Assembly (NCBI GenBank): GCA_951406725.2
Contig: OX597815.1
Location: forward strand, 27,652,001 to 27,716,000
Origin: Octopus vulgaris
Taxonomy: Eukaryota
Direction of reading: 5' to 3'
DNA: 64,000 nt
Numbering within the stretch: position 1 is the stretch's first letter; every line of letters begins with the position of its first letter. The notes below the pieces were generated by a model, which was given only the letters and a program-made list of their open reading frames with translations, made no database searches and was not told where the DNA came from. The position numbers and the translations under genes were made by a program. Positions 12,935 through 26,706 of the stretch are shown piece by piece.

Positions 12935-13070
12935 GAATCCCGTAAAACTCAACAAATTTGTTAAAAATAGAAGAGAAGATGTTAAAATGTAAGAGAATTT
13001 TAATAATTAAAATACTCTTTCGCTTTAACATCTTCTTCGCCATTTTTAACGAGTTTTATGTGATTCCTTT
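12931..13070. repeat. Imperfect ~140-bp palindrome
   Basis: aaaggaatcccgtaaaactc..gttaaaaat..agaagatgttaaa pairs with tttaacatcttct..atttttaac.gagttttatgtgattccttt. Confidence 0.8.
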
Positions 13071-13607
13071 CCATAAATTCACATAACACACCAATTTGCA
13101 AACTTACGCCAGTAAGCTACCAGCAAAATATGAAGAATCTATATTAGAAATCTTCTTTGGAATCCTCCAAATTAAAGGACAAAATATAATTCAACCATTT
13201 TACATGCATAAACACACACGTATATATATAGTTGTTATATCTGCTGCTCTTGCTAATACTTAGAGAATTATCCATCAGAGCAGCAGAGACAAGAGGAAAG
13301 TTTAGTGGAAGAATTCTTCTCTGAACTATGAATGAACAATAGTCTTGGGGGAAAACAAAATTTAAGTTACAATGAATATATATTGTCCTGGAATTTCATT
13401 CTGTTGGATTAGTAGGAGCTTTGCCAAGAAATTGAAATGATTATGACATATATATATAATTTTGTTTTTGAGGCTGAAAACTCTTCCAAATTTACTGAAA
13501 GACCTCAGGAGGTTTTCAGCATTAGACTGTTTTCCAGCTCCAGAAATAAAATTTATATACTTATGCAGTGTATTGATTATTCTTTTTCTATAATTTGTGA
13601 ACCCAAG

Positions 13608-13650
<43 letters not shown>

Positions 13651-14469
13651 TGTATAGTCTCCTCACATGTTGTATCTGTTGTTGATATGAAGAAAAATCA
13701 TGCTTCAATGCAATGATAGCTGATATCTCAACATCTTAAAAGTTTAGACTCACATTAGATGCAAAGCCATCCATTTGAAGGACAATCATACTTTAGCTTT
13801 GAATCAGAGCCAATAGTATATAGCATTCTTTGTAGTGGTATCTCTCATTAGATAGATAAATAACTTTAATAATTTTTGTCAATTTTTTTTTGTTTATTTT
13901 ACATTGAATATTACACTTAATTTATTTTGCTCATTATTTTACTACAATTGTTATTTTAATTACCATATTTTTTTATTAACAAAATCAAACGAGTTAATCT
14001 TTCAGCATGAGTGGTTCAGTATGATGATTGTATCGACCCCTTGACATTCTCTGATTGGTGATTCCATTAAATCATGTATTTCAAGTGTGAAAACACTAAT
14101 ATCATAATCCTTGTTCAGACACCTCTGAATACATAAAGCCATTCCTAATGTATTATAAAAAAAAAAAAGAAAAAATGAAAGAAAGAAAGAAATACAATAA
14201 GGTTGTTTATAGTTTGTATTTATTGACTGTTATTCATATTGCACAAATCTATGTAGTGTGAGTTTGATTTTAAACTTTAACACCAACAATAATCTTTCTG
14301 AGATGTAAATATGTTGTTGAAAAAAAATCTGTTCTACGTGAAGAATATGTCTTCGGTAGAAACGTTCTCATGACATTTATTATAACTTCATTCAGGAACA
14401 TAGAACCGTCACCTTTCAGAGGGAGAAGTGAAAACGGCCAGTTTCAACAAATTTCAGCTGGCTGTTCAG

Positions 14470-14478
<9 letters not shown>

Positions 14479-14505
<27 letters not shown>

Positions 14506-14647
14506 TATACATATACATATATATTATACATATACATACATACACATATATTTATATATAAAATATACATATAATATATATATATATATATATAATATAC
14601 ATACATATATATTATATATATGTGTATTATATATATGTATATATATG

Positions 14648-14691
<44 letters not shown>

Positions 14692-14709
14692 TATGCATAT
14701 ATTATTCAG

Positions 14710-14749
<40 letters not shown>

Positions 14750-14771
14750 CATATATATACATATATTATAC

Positions 14772-14814
<43 letters not shown>

Positions 14815-14860
14815 TAATACACACACACACACATATATATATATATACATACATATATAT
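14479..14860. repeat. Compound (AT)n/(AC)n microsatellite (similar tracts at 48108-48401, 48959-49229, 49917-50172, 50410-50540, 59640-59695, 61480-61560)
   Basis: Directly visible; source of the spurious YIYI/HTHT ORFs. Confidence 0.95.
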
Positions 14861-15432
14861 CTTCTTTTTATTCATTTCAGCTAGTGAGCTGTGGCCATAC
14901 TGGGACACTGCACTATGTACTTGTTTTTTGTTGTTCTTGTTGTTGTTCTTTTTTTTGTTTTTAAATATAACTTAATGTTTAAATCTGGAGAGCAGTTACT
15001 CATAACCTGGCCAGATTTCTCTTTTCAACGAGATAACGAGTGACATTAGTTCAATCTAGGCTATTCTTTCGTGAAGGTCTCAGCACATAGGACCTGCAAC
15101 TTTAATCATGCCATCATTGAGTCATTCTTTTTTACTACTTTCTTTATTCTGATGCCAAACGAATGGGTTAGGAGGGGTGTAGTTCCTTACTAGTTGCACA
15201 ACGTAGCACCCCTGATGTGATATGAACTTAAAAATATCTTTAGATGAGTGACCACCACCTAAGCCCCCTCAACCACTGCAGTTCATAAAGGTTAGTGATT
15301 AGTAGACAGGAAGTTATGGAAACTGTAATGAAGACAAAACGGTTCCAAACTTTGTCTGCTTTGTTTCTTAGTCTTCCTTATGTGTACATATACATACATA
15401 CATGCATGCATATATATATATATATATATATA

Positions 15433-15687
15433 TTGATAAAAACGGTAAGATAACAAAAGAAAGAAAGAGACCTCGATATTATGTAAATAGAGGAATTTAT
15501 CTGTAAATATATATATATATGTGACAATTATTCGGTAGCCAAGATAAAACTTTGAGTTTCGGATGCTGAGGTGGAAATCCACGCCACCATCTCTTCAGTT
15601 ATCCGGCCATCGGAAAAAGCCTCGGCATCCGAAACTTGGAGTTTTATCTTGGCTACCAAATAATTGTCACTTATTACATTTACAGAT
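15433..15687. mobile_element. Penelope-like element end with inverted partial copy
   Basis: Inverted arms 15521-15571 and 15620-15670, hammerhead-like core on the - strand, embedded in (AT)n. Confidence 0.55.
15539..15606 (-). ncRNA. Type I hammerhead ribozyme-like motif
   Basis: - strand: GATAA-CTGAAGA-GATG..CATC(C)-GAAA-CT-caa-AG-TT-TTATC, giving stem I, the CUGANGA box, stem II, the GAAA box, a short stem III and a GUU site. Confidence 0.5.
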
Positions 15688-15710
15688 ATATATATATATA
15701 TGTATACATA

Positions 15711-17411
15711 CAAGGTGTGAGGGGTATTTGAGGACAGTTTTGGTATACAATAAAACAACTATATTTCAGCATAAATAAATATGTATTTGCATAAACATTT
15801 GTCCAATTAGTTTTGATAATGATTTTTTAAGTAAATTATTCTATGAAACCGCCTTTGGTTTCAAAGACTGCTTCAATGTGGAACTGAGACTGCTGGCATA
15901 CTGACACTATATGGTTCTTATTCATTTTGGACATCATCTGGACAATGGCAGCCATTACTGAAGCTATGGTATTATGAGGATAATGATTAGTCTCCCTTTC
16001 AACAACACTCCACATGTAGTAGTCGTGGGATTCAAATCTGGCAAGTTTGGAGGCCACATATTGGGTGTTACATAATCATAATGATTGTCTGACAACCATT
16101 CTTGGGTGACTAAAAAATCTTCAAAGCCACAGTCGAACCAATTCTACTGTATGGCTCAGAAACCTGGACGTTATCAAAGAAGCTTGAGAGGCGGTTGGAT
16201 GGAACTTACACTCGCCTCCTTATGAGAGCTCAAAATCTCTCGTGGAAGCATCATCCAACCAAAGTACAAATATTTGGGAAATTACCACCTGTATCATCTC
16301 TTGTGAAAGGTAGAAGAGTCCAGTTTGCTGGACATTGTTGTAGAGCTGAAAACGAGGTAATTTCTACTCTTCTCCTCTGGAAGCCATCTGCTTGCAATAC
16401 CAGAGGGCACACACTCTCCTACCCTGATGTAATCTCCAGGGATACAGGCATCCAGCAACAGGACCTCTGTAATGCTATGATGGACTGTGAGGTCTGGCGT
16501 AGCATGGTAAATTCCATTGTCTCGACCACAGTTGAACAATGATGATGATGAGGATGAGAAGGTGCTGAGTCTTGTTGAAGCACGTATGGCCTTCCATTGC
16601 ATACTTCATCAATCCAGGGCTTGATAACAATTTCCAGTACCTCAATGTATCCAGTAGCATTAATTCTAAGACCCTGTGGAAAAAAAGTGGGGCGGCATCA
16701 CATGACCTTTGCTACTCATCATTCTTAAAACCATCACAGTTGCTGGAAATTTCGTGTGCATCACTCTTGATACCTCAGAAGGATCTGCACATAACCACCT
16801 GTCATTTCTTCTGTTAGACTTTTGATCCTGGTCAAAGTTTTTTTTTTTATCAGAGAAAAACCAAAGCATGCCTTATTCATGAGGGTTTTTCACTTTGTTA
16901 AGAAACCGTTTTGAATGGACAAGATGGTTTTTCTGTGTCTTTGAAGATACAATTTCGCCTTTCCTCATTACGTAGGACTTGTATCGAATGTCATGATGTA
17001 CCACAGTTTTGGTAGTCCACTCTGACACCTGAAGTTCTTTAGCAATGGACCTCGTTGATCTAGGGTTTTCATCGATAATGTTTTGAACATGTTGTATAAA
17101 TTCTGGTCTCATTTTAGTATCTGAGCGTTGTGAATGTTCTTTTCTCTTTGATACAGGTGAAACGCTACCATCACATGCCTCCAGTTCCGACTGAACTTTG
17201 TGTACAAATGATGTTGCAACATTTAGAAAGTTGCTAATTTCTGAATCACTTTTGGTTTGCATGTATAGCAACTATGACTGCATGTCTTTTCATTTCTTGA
17301 GTTAGTCTGATATCTTGAAAGGGTTATCTGAAAAAAAAATTGATACATTAATTAATTTGTAGGTGTAATGAACTAAAAATGAAATGTCCTCAAATACCCC
17401 TTTTCACCCTG
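15711..17411 (-). mobile_element. Degenerate Tc1/mariner DNA transposon, DD37D (maT-like), with TIRs and TA target duplication
   Basis: TIRs caaggtgtgaggggtatttgaggaca and tgtcctcaaataccccttttcaccctg, both flanked by TA. Frameshifted transposase pieces: HTH region RSTRSIAKELQVS, WFFSDKKNF, QQDSAPSH, WPPNLPDLNP.DY. Confidence 0.88.
16112..16556 (+). mobile_element. 5'-truncated RTE-like LINE 3' end nested in the Tc1/mariner element
   Basis: IFKATVEPILLYGSETWTLSKKLERRLDGTYTRLLMRA...RVQFAGHCCR, ending in a (GAT)n tail. Confidence 0.85.
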
Positions 17412-20400
17412 TATATATATATATATGTATATACACACACATACACATGCATGCACACACGCACATGCACTCACATATGTATGTCTGATAAATTAATCTG
17501 TTAGTTTCATCAGTTGCTCTGCAATAAATATCAATTAACCATACTTAATTAAAATACTAATTAAAACAGTCCAGCAATATATGAAGCTTTCCTGTTCTAC
17601 AAACCTGAGATCTTCTCTGACATCATCTTTCATGTCCATAAGGGGTAATTCTCGATATGAGAGAAGTTGCACATACAACTCTCTCTCCAATCCGCTTTTG
17701 CAATTGGTCCATGCAAGTGCTGAGAATTTAAATCTATTCTGTCATCTGGAATTTATAAGGAAAAGGAAAAACAGAGCATTAAATACATAACTCGGTTATG
17801 GTTTAGTTTATTAAGCATATTTCAGTGTCAGGAAAATTTGTATTTAAAAACAAAATATCTTGTATATGTTTGTTTTGATATGTACATCTTTAATAATAAT
17901 AATAATAATAATAATATTGTGTACTGCTAAAAGAAAAGGTAAAGCTTTAATGGTTACCTGTGTCAGGTAATTATAGTTGAGGTGAGGTACATAGCTAAGA
18001 TGATTAATTGCCAGCGCTTATGTACGACTAATATTTCACACCTGAATAATGAGTTCATGTCCTATTTAGCAGGTGTGATGCTATTTAACCAGACGTTTTG
18101 CTTCACCTCGGTTTACCTAAGTAGGTATTATCCACCAAGAAAGGTGACTTCTTAAAGATTGTTGTCCCATCCAGGGGGAGATCTGTCTTCCATCCACTCA
18201 ACACAAACTGAAGATAAGCATTGGCCCTGTGAGTATCATGACTCAGGAAAGAATTTTTAGTATGGATTGCGAGAAAGTGAAAAAGAAAGACTTCTGTAAC
18301 CATGCTTTCCTATTGCTTATGTTAGATTCTGTTCTGAATTATAAATTCCATTTGTTGTTGGTTTTTGAAAAAAAAAATAAATAAAAAGCTTTTTATTTTT
18401 TATTGTTTTGATACTTGAATAAAATTGAAAGGAAAAATATTTTTAACAAAAAAAAAAAAGGATTAAAAGAGCATTAATTTTTGATTTCCAATGGAATAAT
18501 GAAGATGACAATTTACTAACTCCTGCCTTCAAAAGCCCAAACACATATCCATTATATGCACCCATATGCTGCCCTTGACACCACTTCCTGAGCTTCCTAG
18601 ACTGTTGCTGTTTTCCTTATTTTTTTCTATCTAAAAGCACTTTAACTGCTACCAAAAAAAAGAAAAAACACACACAGAGAAAAAAAATCAATATCTTCCA
18701 TTACTGTAATGGGGTGATACATGATAGGCCTAGCTTTAAAATGAGAGTTATTTCATGATGATACATACACATTTCTCTAAAACTTTTGGAGAGAAAACCC
18801 TGTCATTTGTGCCTAACCTGATGTAATAATAGTTGTACTATTTCTAACAAATCAATTTTTGTGTATCACTTTCAAATTCTTTGTCATACACAGAATTTCA
18901 TTCTTCTTGGTTAGTTTTATTTTCTAACCAATCCAGTTTGATATGGATTGATTTGAATGCGATAATTTGATGATTTGCCTGGAGCAAGTGTTGCATAAGT
19001 TGTAATAATAGGAGGAAGGTTAAATGATCTTGGGATTGCACTCACAGGTCATTGAGTTTAATCTTAGTACATTTGTTGTTGTTGTCGTTGTTGCTGTTTT
19101 GCTCCAGGTTAACCCTGATCAAAATCATTCCATCCATGGCATTTTGTCCTTTTACAGGCATTCAGGACTACATCATCTAATGTGTCTTCTCTCCTTTTTT
19201 TTAGAGATGGTAGCAATTAATTAGAGGAAGATTTGGCTGCTATTTCTTGCCTGTCAAGTCTCCTTTGTTGGATCATGGCACATTTGTTAAAGGATTAAAT
19301 AAGCTCTTTGTGCGATGCATGTTCTAGAAATGTTCAAAGCATCCCATTATTAACACCATAGGAAAACTAGTTTAAGTTTAGTGGAGAGAGAAATAAACTC
19401 TTAAGAGTAAACAGTATACTAACCAACAAGAGAACTCTTTTATTAGTAGTGGTGACTAAGATAGAATGATGTGCCCTGCCCAAATCCTCAATGTCATTAC
19501 TAATAAAGTTTAGGTTGACATTTCATGGCTCAATAAACTAACCAAAGACAAAGTATTTCTTCCATATACGTATTCTTTCCCTGTAGTGTTATTTTTTTAC
19601 AAAAATTTACTCCCCCCTACTGGCATCATTGGAATAATTCATAGCTTCTTTTCATCAATTGTTTAAATGTTGTAAAAGCCCAGAGCATTATTTGGCCAGT
19701 ACATTATGATAGGTTAGTAACTACAGTATGTTAAATATGCGCTCTAAAACTGCAAATCATTACTGAAAAGAGGTAAAGTTGTGGTTGAGAGAATTCCTAT
19801 ATTGTTTTACTATTTCTATGTTGCCTTTTCTTTATCAGTGAAGGAGCAGCAGGATATCAAAGAAGTGTCTCAACAAAGAAAGAAGTATTTTCAGTGTATG
19901 ACGCTCCATTCAGTTCTCTAGGTACACCAGGCTGGGACTATATCAGATCTGCATTTTATCCACATTGCTCTGTAGTAGAAAGAGTAACTTCCCAAAGCTT
20001 CAACAATTACTTACCCAGTGAAGACAAGGGAACCTGAAAGCCATAAAAATAAAGTAAAATTATAAAAATGGATTGGGCATGTCATCAGAGATCAAAACCT
20101 GGACTATTCTTGACTGAACACTAGAAAGAAGAGGAAACTGAAAAACGCTGGGCATTGAATGGTGGAAGAACTCCTGATTATGAACCACACTTGACAAACC
20201 TTTCAGAAGCTGGTCCACAATAGCCAGGAGGGACAAACCTGCTTTACTGGCATTACATACCAGTAGGCATGACTTCAGGATAACATAGTCAGTCATTTTG
20301 ACTATGTTGTTTTGAAATCATATTTGTAAATGCTAAATGAATGTAGTATCAAGAGTGTTATGATGACAATCATTATTCTCTGGATGAATGATAAACAAAC

Positions 20401-22389
20401 CAGATATAGTCTTGAATTTGTTTTCCACCAAGTGTAGTTTCTCTCTTCTTAATTTCCCAGCTGTTCATTGGAAGCATTGATCTATAACTATTGTCTTCAT
20501 TCTAGATGTTGCAATATTTAGGAGTGTCAAGGTGCCAAGCCAGTAAAATTGTTAGCATGCCGGGCAAAATGCTTAGTGGCGTATCTACTGACTTTATGGT
20601 CTGAGTTCAAATTCTGCCAAGACCATCTTTGCCTTTCATCCTTTCAATATCAATAAAGTAAGTACCTGTTAAGCAGTGGGGTTTGATATAATCCATTTAC
20701 CCTGCCCCTAAAATTGCTGGTTTTGTGCCAAAATTTGAAACCAGTATTTAGAAGTGTTGTATAAACCATTGTATAAACCAAGAATATTTTAAATCTGGAG
20801 AAACAACAATCTTTATCACAATTATTTGCACAATATATATAAACCAATTAAGGTGACAGATTTTTTTTTAGGATGCTGTTTGAGATCACTGATTTAATAT
20901 GCACTCCCTTTCTCTTTTCAAACCATGTCTTTAATTTTTTTATTATTGCTTTGTCAGGAGGGAAGAGCAGTGCCCAGGACCCTTTTCAAGGCCTCTAAGA
21001 CTGATATAAGAAAGTTATCCTCAAATTGGGGGCCTAGCTCCAATGCTTGCAGCAAAGTGAACTCCTCTAAAGGCACCCAAGGACTGGATGGTGATATTAA
21101 AACAGGAAATGGATTAGCTCTACCATCCAAAGAGGCCAGAGTAGGGTTTGAACTCTGAACACAGAGACCCCAAACAAATACCACAAGGCATTGCCGTAAC
21201 AATTCCACCTGTGCACTCATCCCAGATTGGTACTTTATCGAACCCCAGATGGATGAAAGTCAAAATTGCAGTCTCTCCCCGTTTACACGTGGATCTTCCC
21301 ACTACATGTTATCACCACAACACACTAAATTATCAACACTGTTAACTTCTACATTAACAATCTTACTCATTCCTTTCATTTTCTATTATTGTAAGGGATA
21401 TAGGGGGCAGGCAATGTTTGCTTTTTCTCAGACAAAACAAACTTTATCCAAATTATCTCTAAAATTATCTGCTTTGTATAAATTCAACAATATTTTTCAT
21501 GTCTCTTTCTCACCTGTGATTCATTCACTTGGGTCATCATTGACTGCACATCATGATTTTCTAAAGCTATATTTAGTGCTGTTGTTACTTTGCATTTGTT
21601 AGGTTTTCAATACTCATCCTTACTCATTCTTTGCTTCAGCTGCAGTTAATACTCACTAGTGATACTTCAACACACATTTATACTCACTTTCACTCTCTTC
21701 CTATATTCACTGACACACACACATACACTCACTCAAACACAAACAAAGCTACCACTTTCAGTACTTGTCAATAAAAATGAAGAAAAATCATTGTTCATTT
21801 GTTAAAGCTTCAAGTTTTGAGTTTTTAACAAAAGACATTTGAAAGCTTTGTTTAGTGATATGACCTAAATATCTAAAAATTACTTCTTCAACTTACAAAA
21901 TAAAATACAAGTTCAGTTAATACTTACTTCACAATATTCTGAATTAAAATCCTTATGATGCCAATTTTGCCTGTTATCCTTCTAGAGTCAATAAAATAAA
22001 GGACCAATAAAATATTGGGATGAATTTCATTGATTATGCTCTTCTCCCAAGACCTATGGCTTTGTGCCCATTTTTAAAATCTACTTCATTTTACTAACGT
22101 ATAACTGAAGGTAAAGTTGATTTGGAATCATCAATCATCATTTTTACATCTGTTTTCTATGCTGTATGCATTGGATGGGTCTTGTTCAAAGTTACAGACC
22201 TTCTAGACAGGTAAGAGGACTAGATCTTGTGCATGTGTTCCAATTTTTATCTAGTTTCTAAGTCTGGATGCATCCCCAACACCTACAGAGTGTACTGGAT
22301 GTATTTTATTGTGGCACCAACCATTAGTGAAGTTGCCATGGGGGCTCACAGACTAAAGAGTCCTCACTGCTTTATTGCATACCTATTTT

Positions 22390-22742
22390 AAATAATAATA
22401 ATGATGAAATTATTGTATACAGTGCTCAGGTGCACCAGAACTTGTCAAAAGTGCATATAAAGTATATGCAGTAATGTACAAATGTCTGGAAAGTGAACAG
22501 TGTATGAGTCATACATGCTTGCGTGTGTATGGAGAGGTGAAAATCAGGTGTAGTGTTGGCGAGTCTGAGGAAGTTTTGAAGGATGCAGTGCTCCGACAAC
22601 TAACAACTGATGCCGGCAGTTTGTTCCATACTTCAGCAACTCTTAGCATGAAAAAACGTTTCCGAAAGTCATGGGAGCTGTGCTGTTTTCTGACTTTGTA
22701 AACATGTCCACGGGTGTTAGACAGGTGGAATTTAAAAAGGTT
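22390..22742 (-). mobile_element. CR1-like LINE 3' end (further copies at about 23100-23266 and 28040-28292)
   Basis: The - strand reads NTRGHVYKVRKQHSSHDFRKRFFMLRVAEVWNKLPASVV, a typical CR1-clade RT C-terminus, with an (ATT)n tail. Confidence 0.8.
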
Positions 22743-23869
22743 TTAAAACAATACAACCAAGAAAGTAAATAATAAAGAATGAATGAATTATGTTGAAGAT
22801 GAATTACCTTGAATTCTGCAAGCTGGATTGGCTAACATTAGTTTGTAGATACAGAAATCCATCTGCATAATGTACTTCAGTATTGAGTATGCTATAAGAA
22901 ATGTACTGTTTAAGTGTTTTTGATGTACAAATTTAAATTGGAGTGTTGCTCTGTCACTGTACTCCTGCCTTAGTAAAAATATCAAACTTTCTTGTTACAA
23001 ATATATACTACATAGAAGTACAGTTCACTGCTGTAAGGCAACACAGTATAATTGACAGCTGTTTCATGAAACTCACATATTTTGTGTAAAACCTATTGGT
23101 ATAATAATAATAATAATATTATTGTATACAGTGTTCAGGTGCACCACAACTTGTCAAAAGTGCATATAAAGCATATGCAGTAATGTACAAATGTCTGGAA
23201 AGTGAACAGTGTATGAGTTAGATACATGCTTGTGTGTATATGGAGGGAACAAAATCAGGTGTAGTGTATCCTATTGAAGACAGAGACCTTTCTCTTTAAC
23301 TGTAATAGGGAACACAAGGATAAATCCTGACCTTTCCAGGTAACAGCAATAAGTACAAAAGTAAAGAAATAAAACCAATTTTCAAAGCTGTCTTTACTAA
23401 TTTCCATCGTTCTTGTCTTTGGTTTACAAAGAAGTATTGTAACATGTGACTATGAAATTCCAAAATAAACATTTGCTTTGAAAGGGAATGTCTTAGATAA
23501 ACATTGGGCAGAAAAAGTCATTTATAGATATAGTGCAATCATTGTTGTCTACCATTTCATAATAGTAGGCAGACATTAACTGGTTTACTAGATAAACCAG
23601 AGAATATTGGTAGTTACTGACAAACACTGGTTCAACTAGCTGCGTCATAATATAGAACATTTTCCAAATTCCAGCAGCATTCTTTCAACAATAACCATTT
23701 ATTATTTTATCAAGATGTGTTCTCCTTTATGTCTGTTAGCAAGATGAGTACCAGACCTCTTTAATGCAATTACTCCCAGATGTTTGTCTCAGTTAAAGTT
23801 AATAGTTGGTTTCTCTAACATTTTGAATTTTCTTATTCCTTATTAATGTTATGATACATAAAACATACA

Positions 23870-24422
23870 CACGACAGAGTATAAGCGCCCTGAGAGAAAT
23901 GCTGGACATAAGAAGCACCAGATGTGGTGTGCAAGAGAGACGTTTGCACTGGTATGGTCATGTACTATGGATGGATGAGGAGAGATGTGTGAAGAAGTGC
24001 CACTCCCAAACAGTTGAAGGTATCTGGGGAAGAGGTCGACTAAGGAAGACATGGGATGAGGTGGTCAAGCATGACCTTTGAACGTTGGGCCTCACAGAGG
24101 CAATGTCGAAAGACAGACCTCTGGAGATATGCTGTGACTGCAAAGACCTGACAAATAATGTAAGTTCATGGTTGCTTCCTGCACCAGTTTTGCATAGCCC
24201 CAAGCCCATCCAAAGTACCTTGGATTGCAGAACAACCTGATGTACTTACCTTGGATTGACCTGCTGTGCTTGAGGAGACCTATTGAGTCAAGTACATCAA
24301 CATCAAAATAAATATCAAATGTAAATTGTAGTTGTGATACCTGTGCCGGTGGCACATAAAAAGCACCAACTGATCGTAGCCACTGGCATCTGTACTGGTG
24401 GCACGTAAAAAAGCACCCACTA
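23870..24422 (+). mobile_element. RTE LINE 3' fragment
   Basis: RRLHWYGHVLWMDEERCVKKC...GRGRLRKTWDEVVKHDL followed by 3' UTR units gcacgtaaaaaagcacc. Confidence 0.85.
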
Positions 24423-25657
24423 CAAATGATGGGAAATGAATTTTGATCAATTTGTCAGCAATAAAATCCAAAATGTTTTCGGAAACTTCATAAAATTCTC
24501 TTTAATTACATTAGATTTCCTTAATCTTTATCATTCCTTTACAAAAACTGATTGGATAGAGACATGGGCTTAGTTTTAAAATCCTAAAAATTTGGGAATG
24601 ACATGAGAACTGTTACTTCCCAAAGTAATATTTCAAAGGCTATCAGGAGATTGAAAAGTTTATTTTATATGCCAAAAAATTTAGAAACAGTTATTTTACT
24701 ATTTTAACCCTCTAGCATTCAAATTATTGTCAAATGTAATGCTTATTTATTAACAATGTTTTTGAATTAATCTCAGAGCTTTGAGATTTCAGTGATGTGA
24801 TTGTATATTTTTAGAATGACATTGTAGGGTAGGTGTGAGAGGCTGGGTTGGTTTGAACACAAAATAGCAGGTAGAATATTTGGGCCAGATATTGCCATTG
24901 CAAGGGTCACCTTTAACTCATTGTAGTTGTCATAACAGAACTGTTGTAGAAATAAACTGTCTCTGCCATAATTTTCCCAACCCCAGTTTGTCTCCCTTCC
25001 TCACTATTTTCATAATTGATGAACATGGTGTTACAAGTTTCCTTTCTCATCTATTTAGGACTAATCTTCCTCTTATAGTTACTCTTTTACTTGTTTCAGT
25101 CATTTGACTGTGGCCATGCTGGGGCACCGCCTTTAGTCAAGCAAATCGATCCCAGGACTTTTTCATTGTAAGCCTAGTACTTATTCTATCGGTCTTTTTT
25201 TTTTCCGAACCATTAAGTTACAGGGACGTAAACACAGCAGCATCGGTTGTCAAGCGATGTTGGGGGGACAAACACAGACGCACAAACATATACACACACA
25301 CACATATATATATATATACATATATACGATGGGCTTCTTTCAGTTTCCGTCTACCAAATCCACTCATAAGGCTTTGGTCGGCCTGAGGCTATATAGTAGA
25401 AGACAGTTGCCCAATGTGCCACGCAGTGGGACTGAACCCAGAACCATGTGGTTCATAAGCAAGCTACTTACCACACAGCCACTCCTACGCCTAATAATTA
25501 TATTTTCCTGACCAAAAATGTATTTAAGATTTTAGGTAAGATCTTAGCTAAGCCTTGAGAGAAAGAAACTGGGGAAGCCTCTCTACTGGATTGTACCTGT
25601 AATTCAAAGATTTGGTCTTGTTAGTGTCAAACTGTTTCAACTTGAGAATTACATTAA

Positions 25658-26706
25658 CCCTTTCATTACCAAGCCGCCCGAAAAAAATTTTGGTTAATGT
25701 GACCAAACCCGCCCGAATTTACCTATTCATATTTAAATGAGAATATCAGAGCAAATCTCTTTAGTACATTCGTGAAAACATGTGATTATACTTCGTAAAC
25801 AGTTAATCTACAGTTTTGTACGACGATTGACGTGTAATTTTAATTCCCTGAATTTTGGGAGATTTTTTTCCACATTTTTTTCGGCATCGATTTTTCTTCA
25901 ACTTTGAAAATGGATTGGAGTTTCATGTTATCAAGCATTGATTCCGAATTGGAAAATTTGTGAAGCAAATACTGGGTACTATTGTGGATTTAGTTTTTAT
26001 ACAGGGAATCTAATGTTAGTCAGCATGGCTTAAGGTATGATGTGGTCTGGAAGTTATTGTTTGAAGCGATCAATGCGGAAACAAACTTACGCAAAATGTA
26101 AACAAAATGGGGGTTCAAATTTCGGAAAATTTGTGAAGCAAATACTGGGTACTGCATGGATTTAGTTTTTATACAGGGAAAATAATGTTGGTCAGCATGG
26201 CCTAGGGAACGATGTGGTCTGGAATTTATCACTTCCATACCATAACCAGGGCCGTATATTATTTTTTGACCGATTTCTTTAGTTCGGTCAAACTCACGGT
26301 GGATTCCAATATTTCAGTTTATTCAACCTTTATGGTACACCTGTTGTGCATTAAATTCAACTGATGATATAGTGATGTGCACAATTCTTTTTTATCAAAA
26401 TTTTGTTTCATACCCATTTGAATATTAGCTGATGATTCATTTTCTATGGTAATGTTTAAACAAAATTTTAATAATTTTACCTTTTGCTCAATTTACCTGT
26501 AATTAAAGTCACTTTGAGACAAAAGTTATGCAATAGAATTGATTAAGAACCCTTTCTTTAATTATGTTCCAAATATCACATTAATATGTTGATAAGTAAA
26601 AAAGTTACAGTTATTTAATGAAACAAGCCTAGATTCATGATTATTTTAGAATTTAATTGAAACTCATGAGGGGTGTATTTTGGTCAGAAATATAGTAACG
26701 AAAGGG
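25658..26706. mobile_element. Non-autonomous piggyBac-type element with TTAA target duplication
   Basis: ttaa-ccctttcattacc ... gtaacgaaaggg-ttaa; internal ~100-bp direct repeat (25951-26052 and 26124-26224); the empty site is visible at 28926-28929. Confidence 0.85.

Noticed and set aside
14524-14975. YIYI/HTHT ORFs (also at 48-50 kb and 59-62 kb)
   Set aside because: Stop-free microsatellite translations.
20925-21345. Cluster of 60-90 aa ORFs between the two genes
   Set aside because: No recognisable domain or consistent splice structure; looks like decayed repeat.
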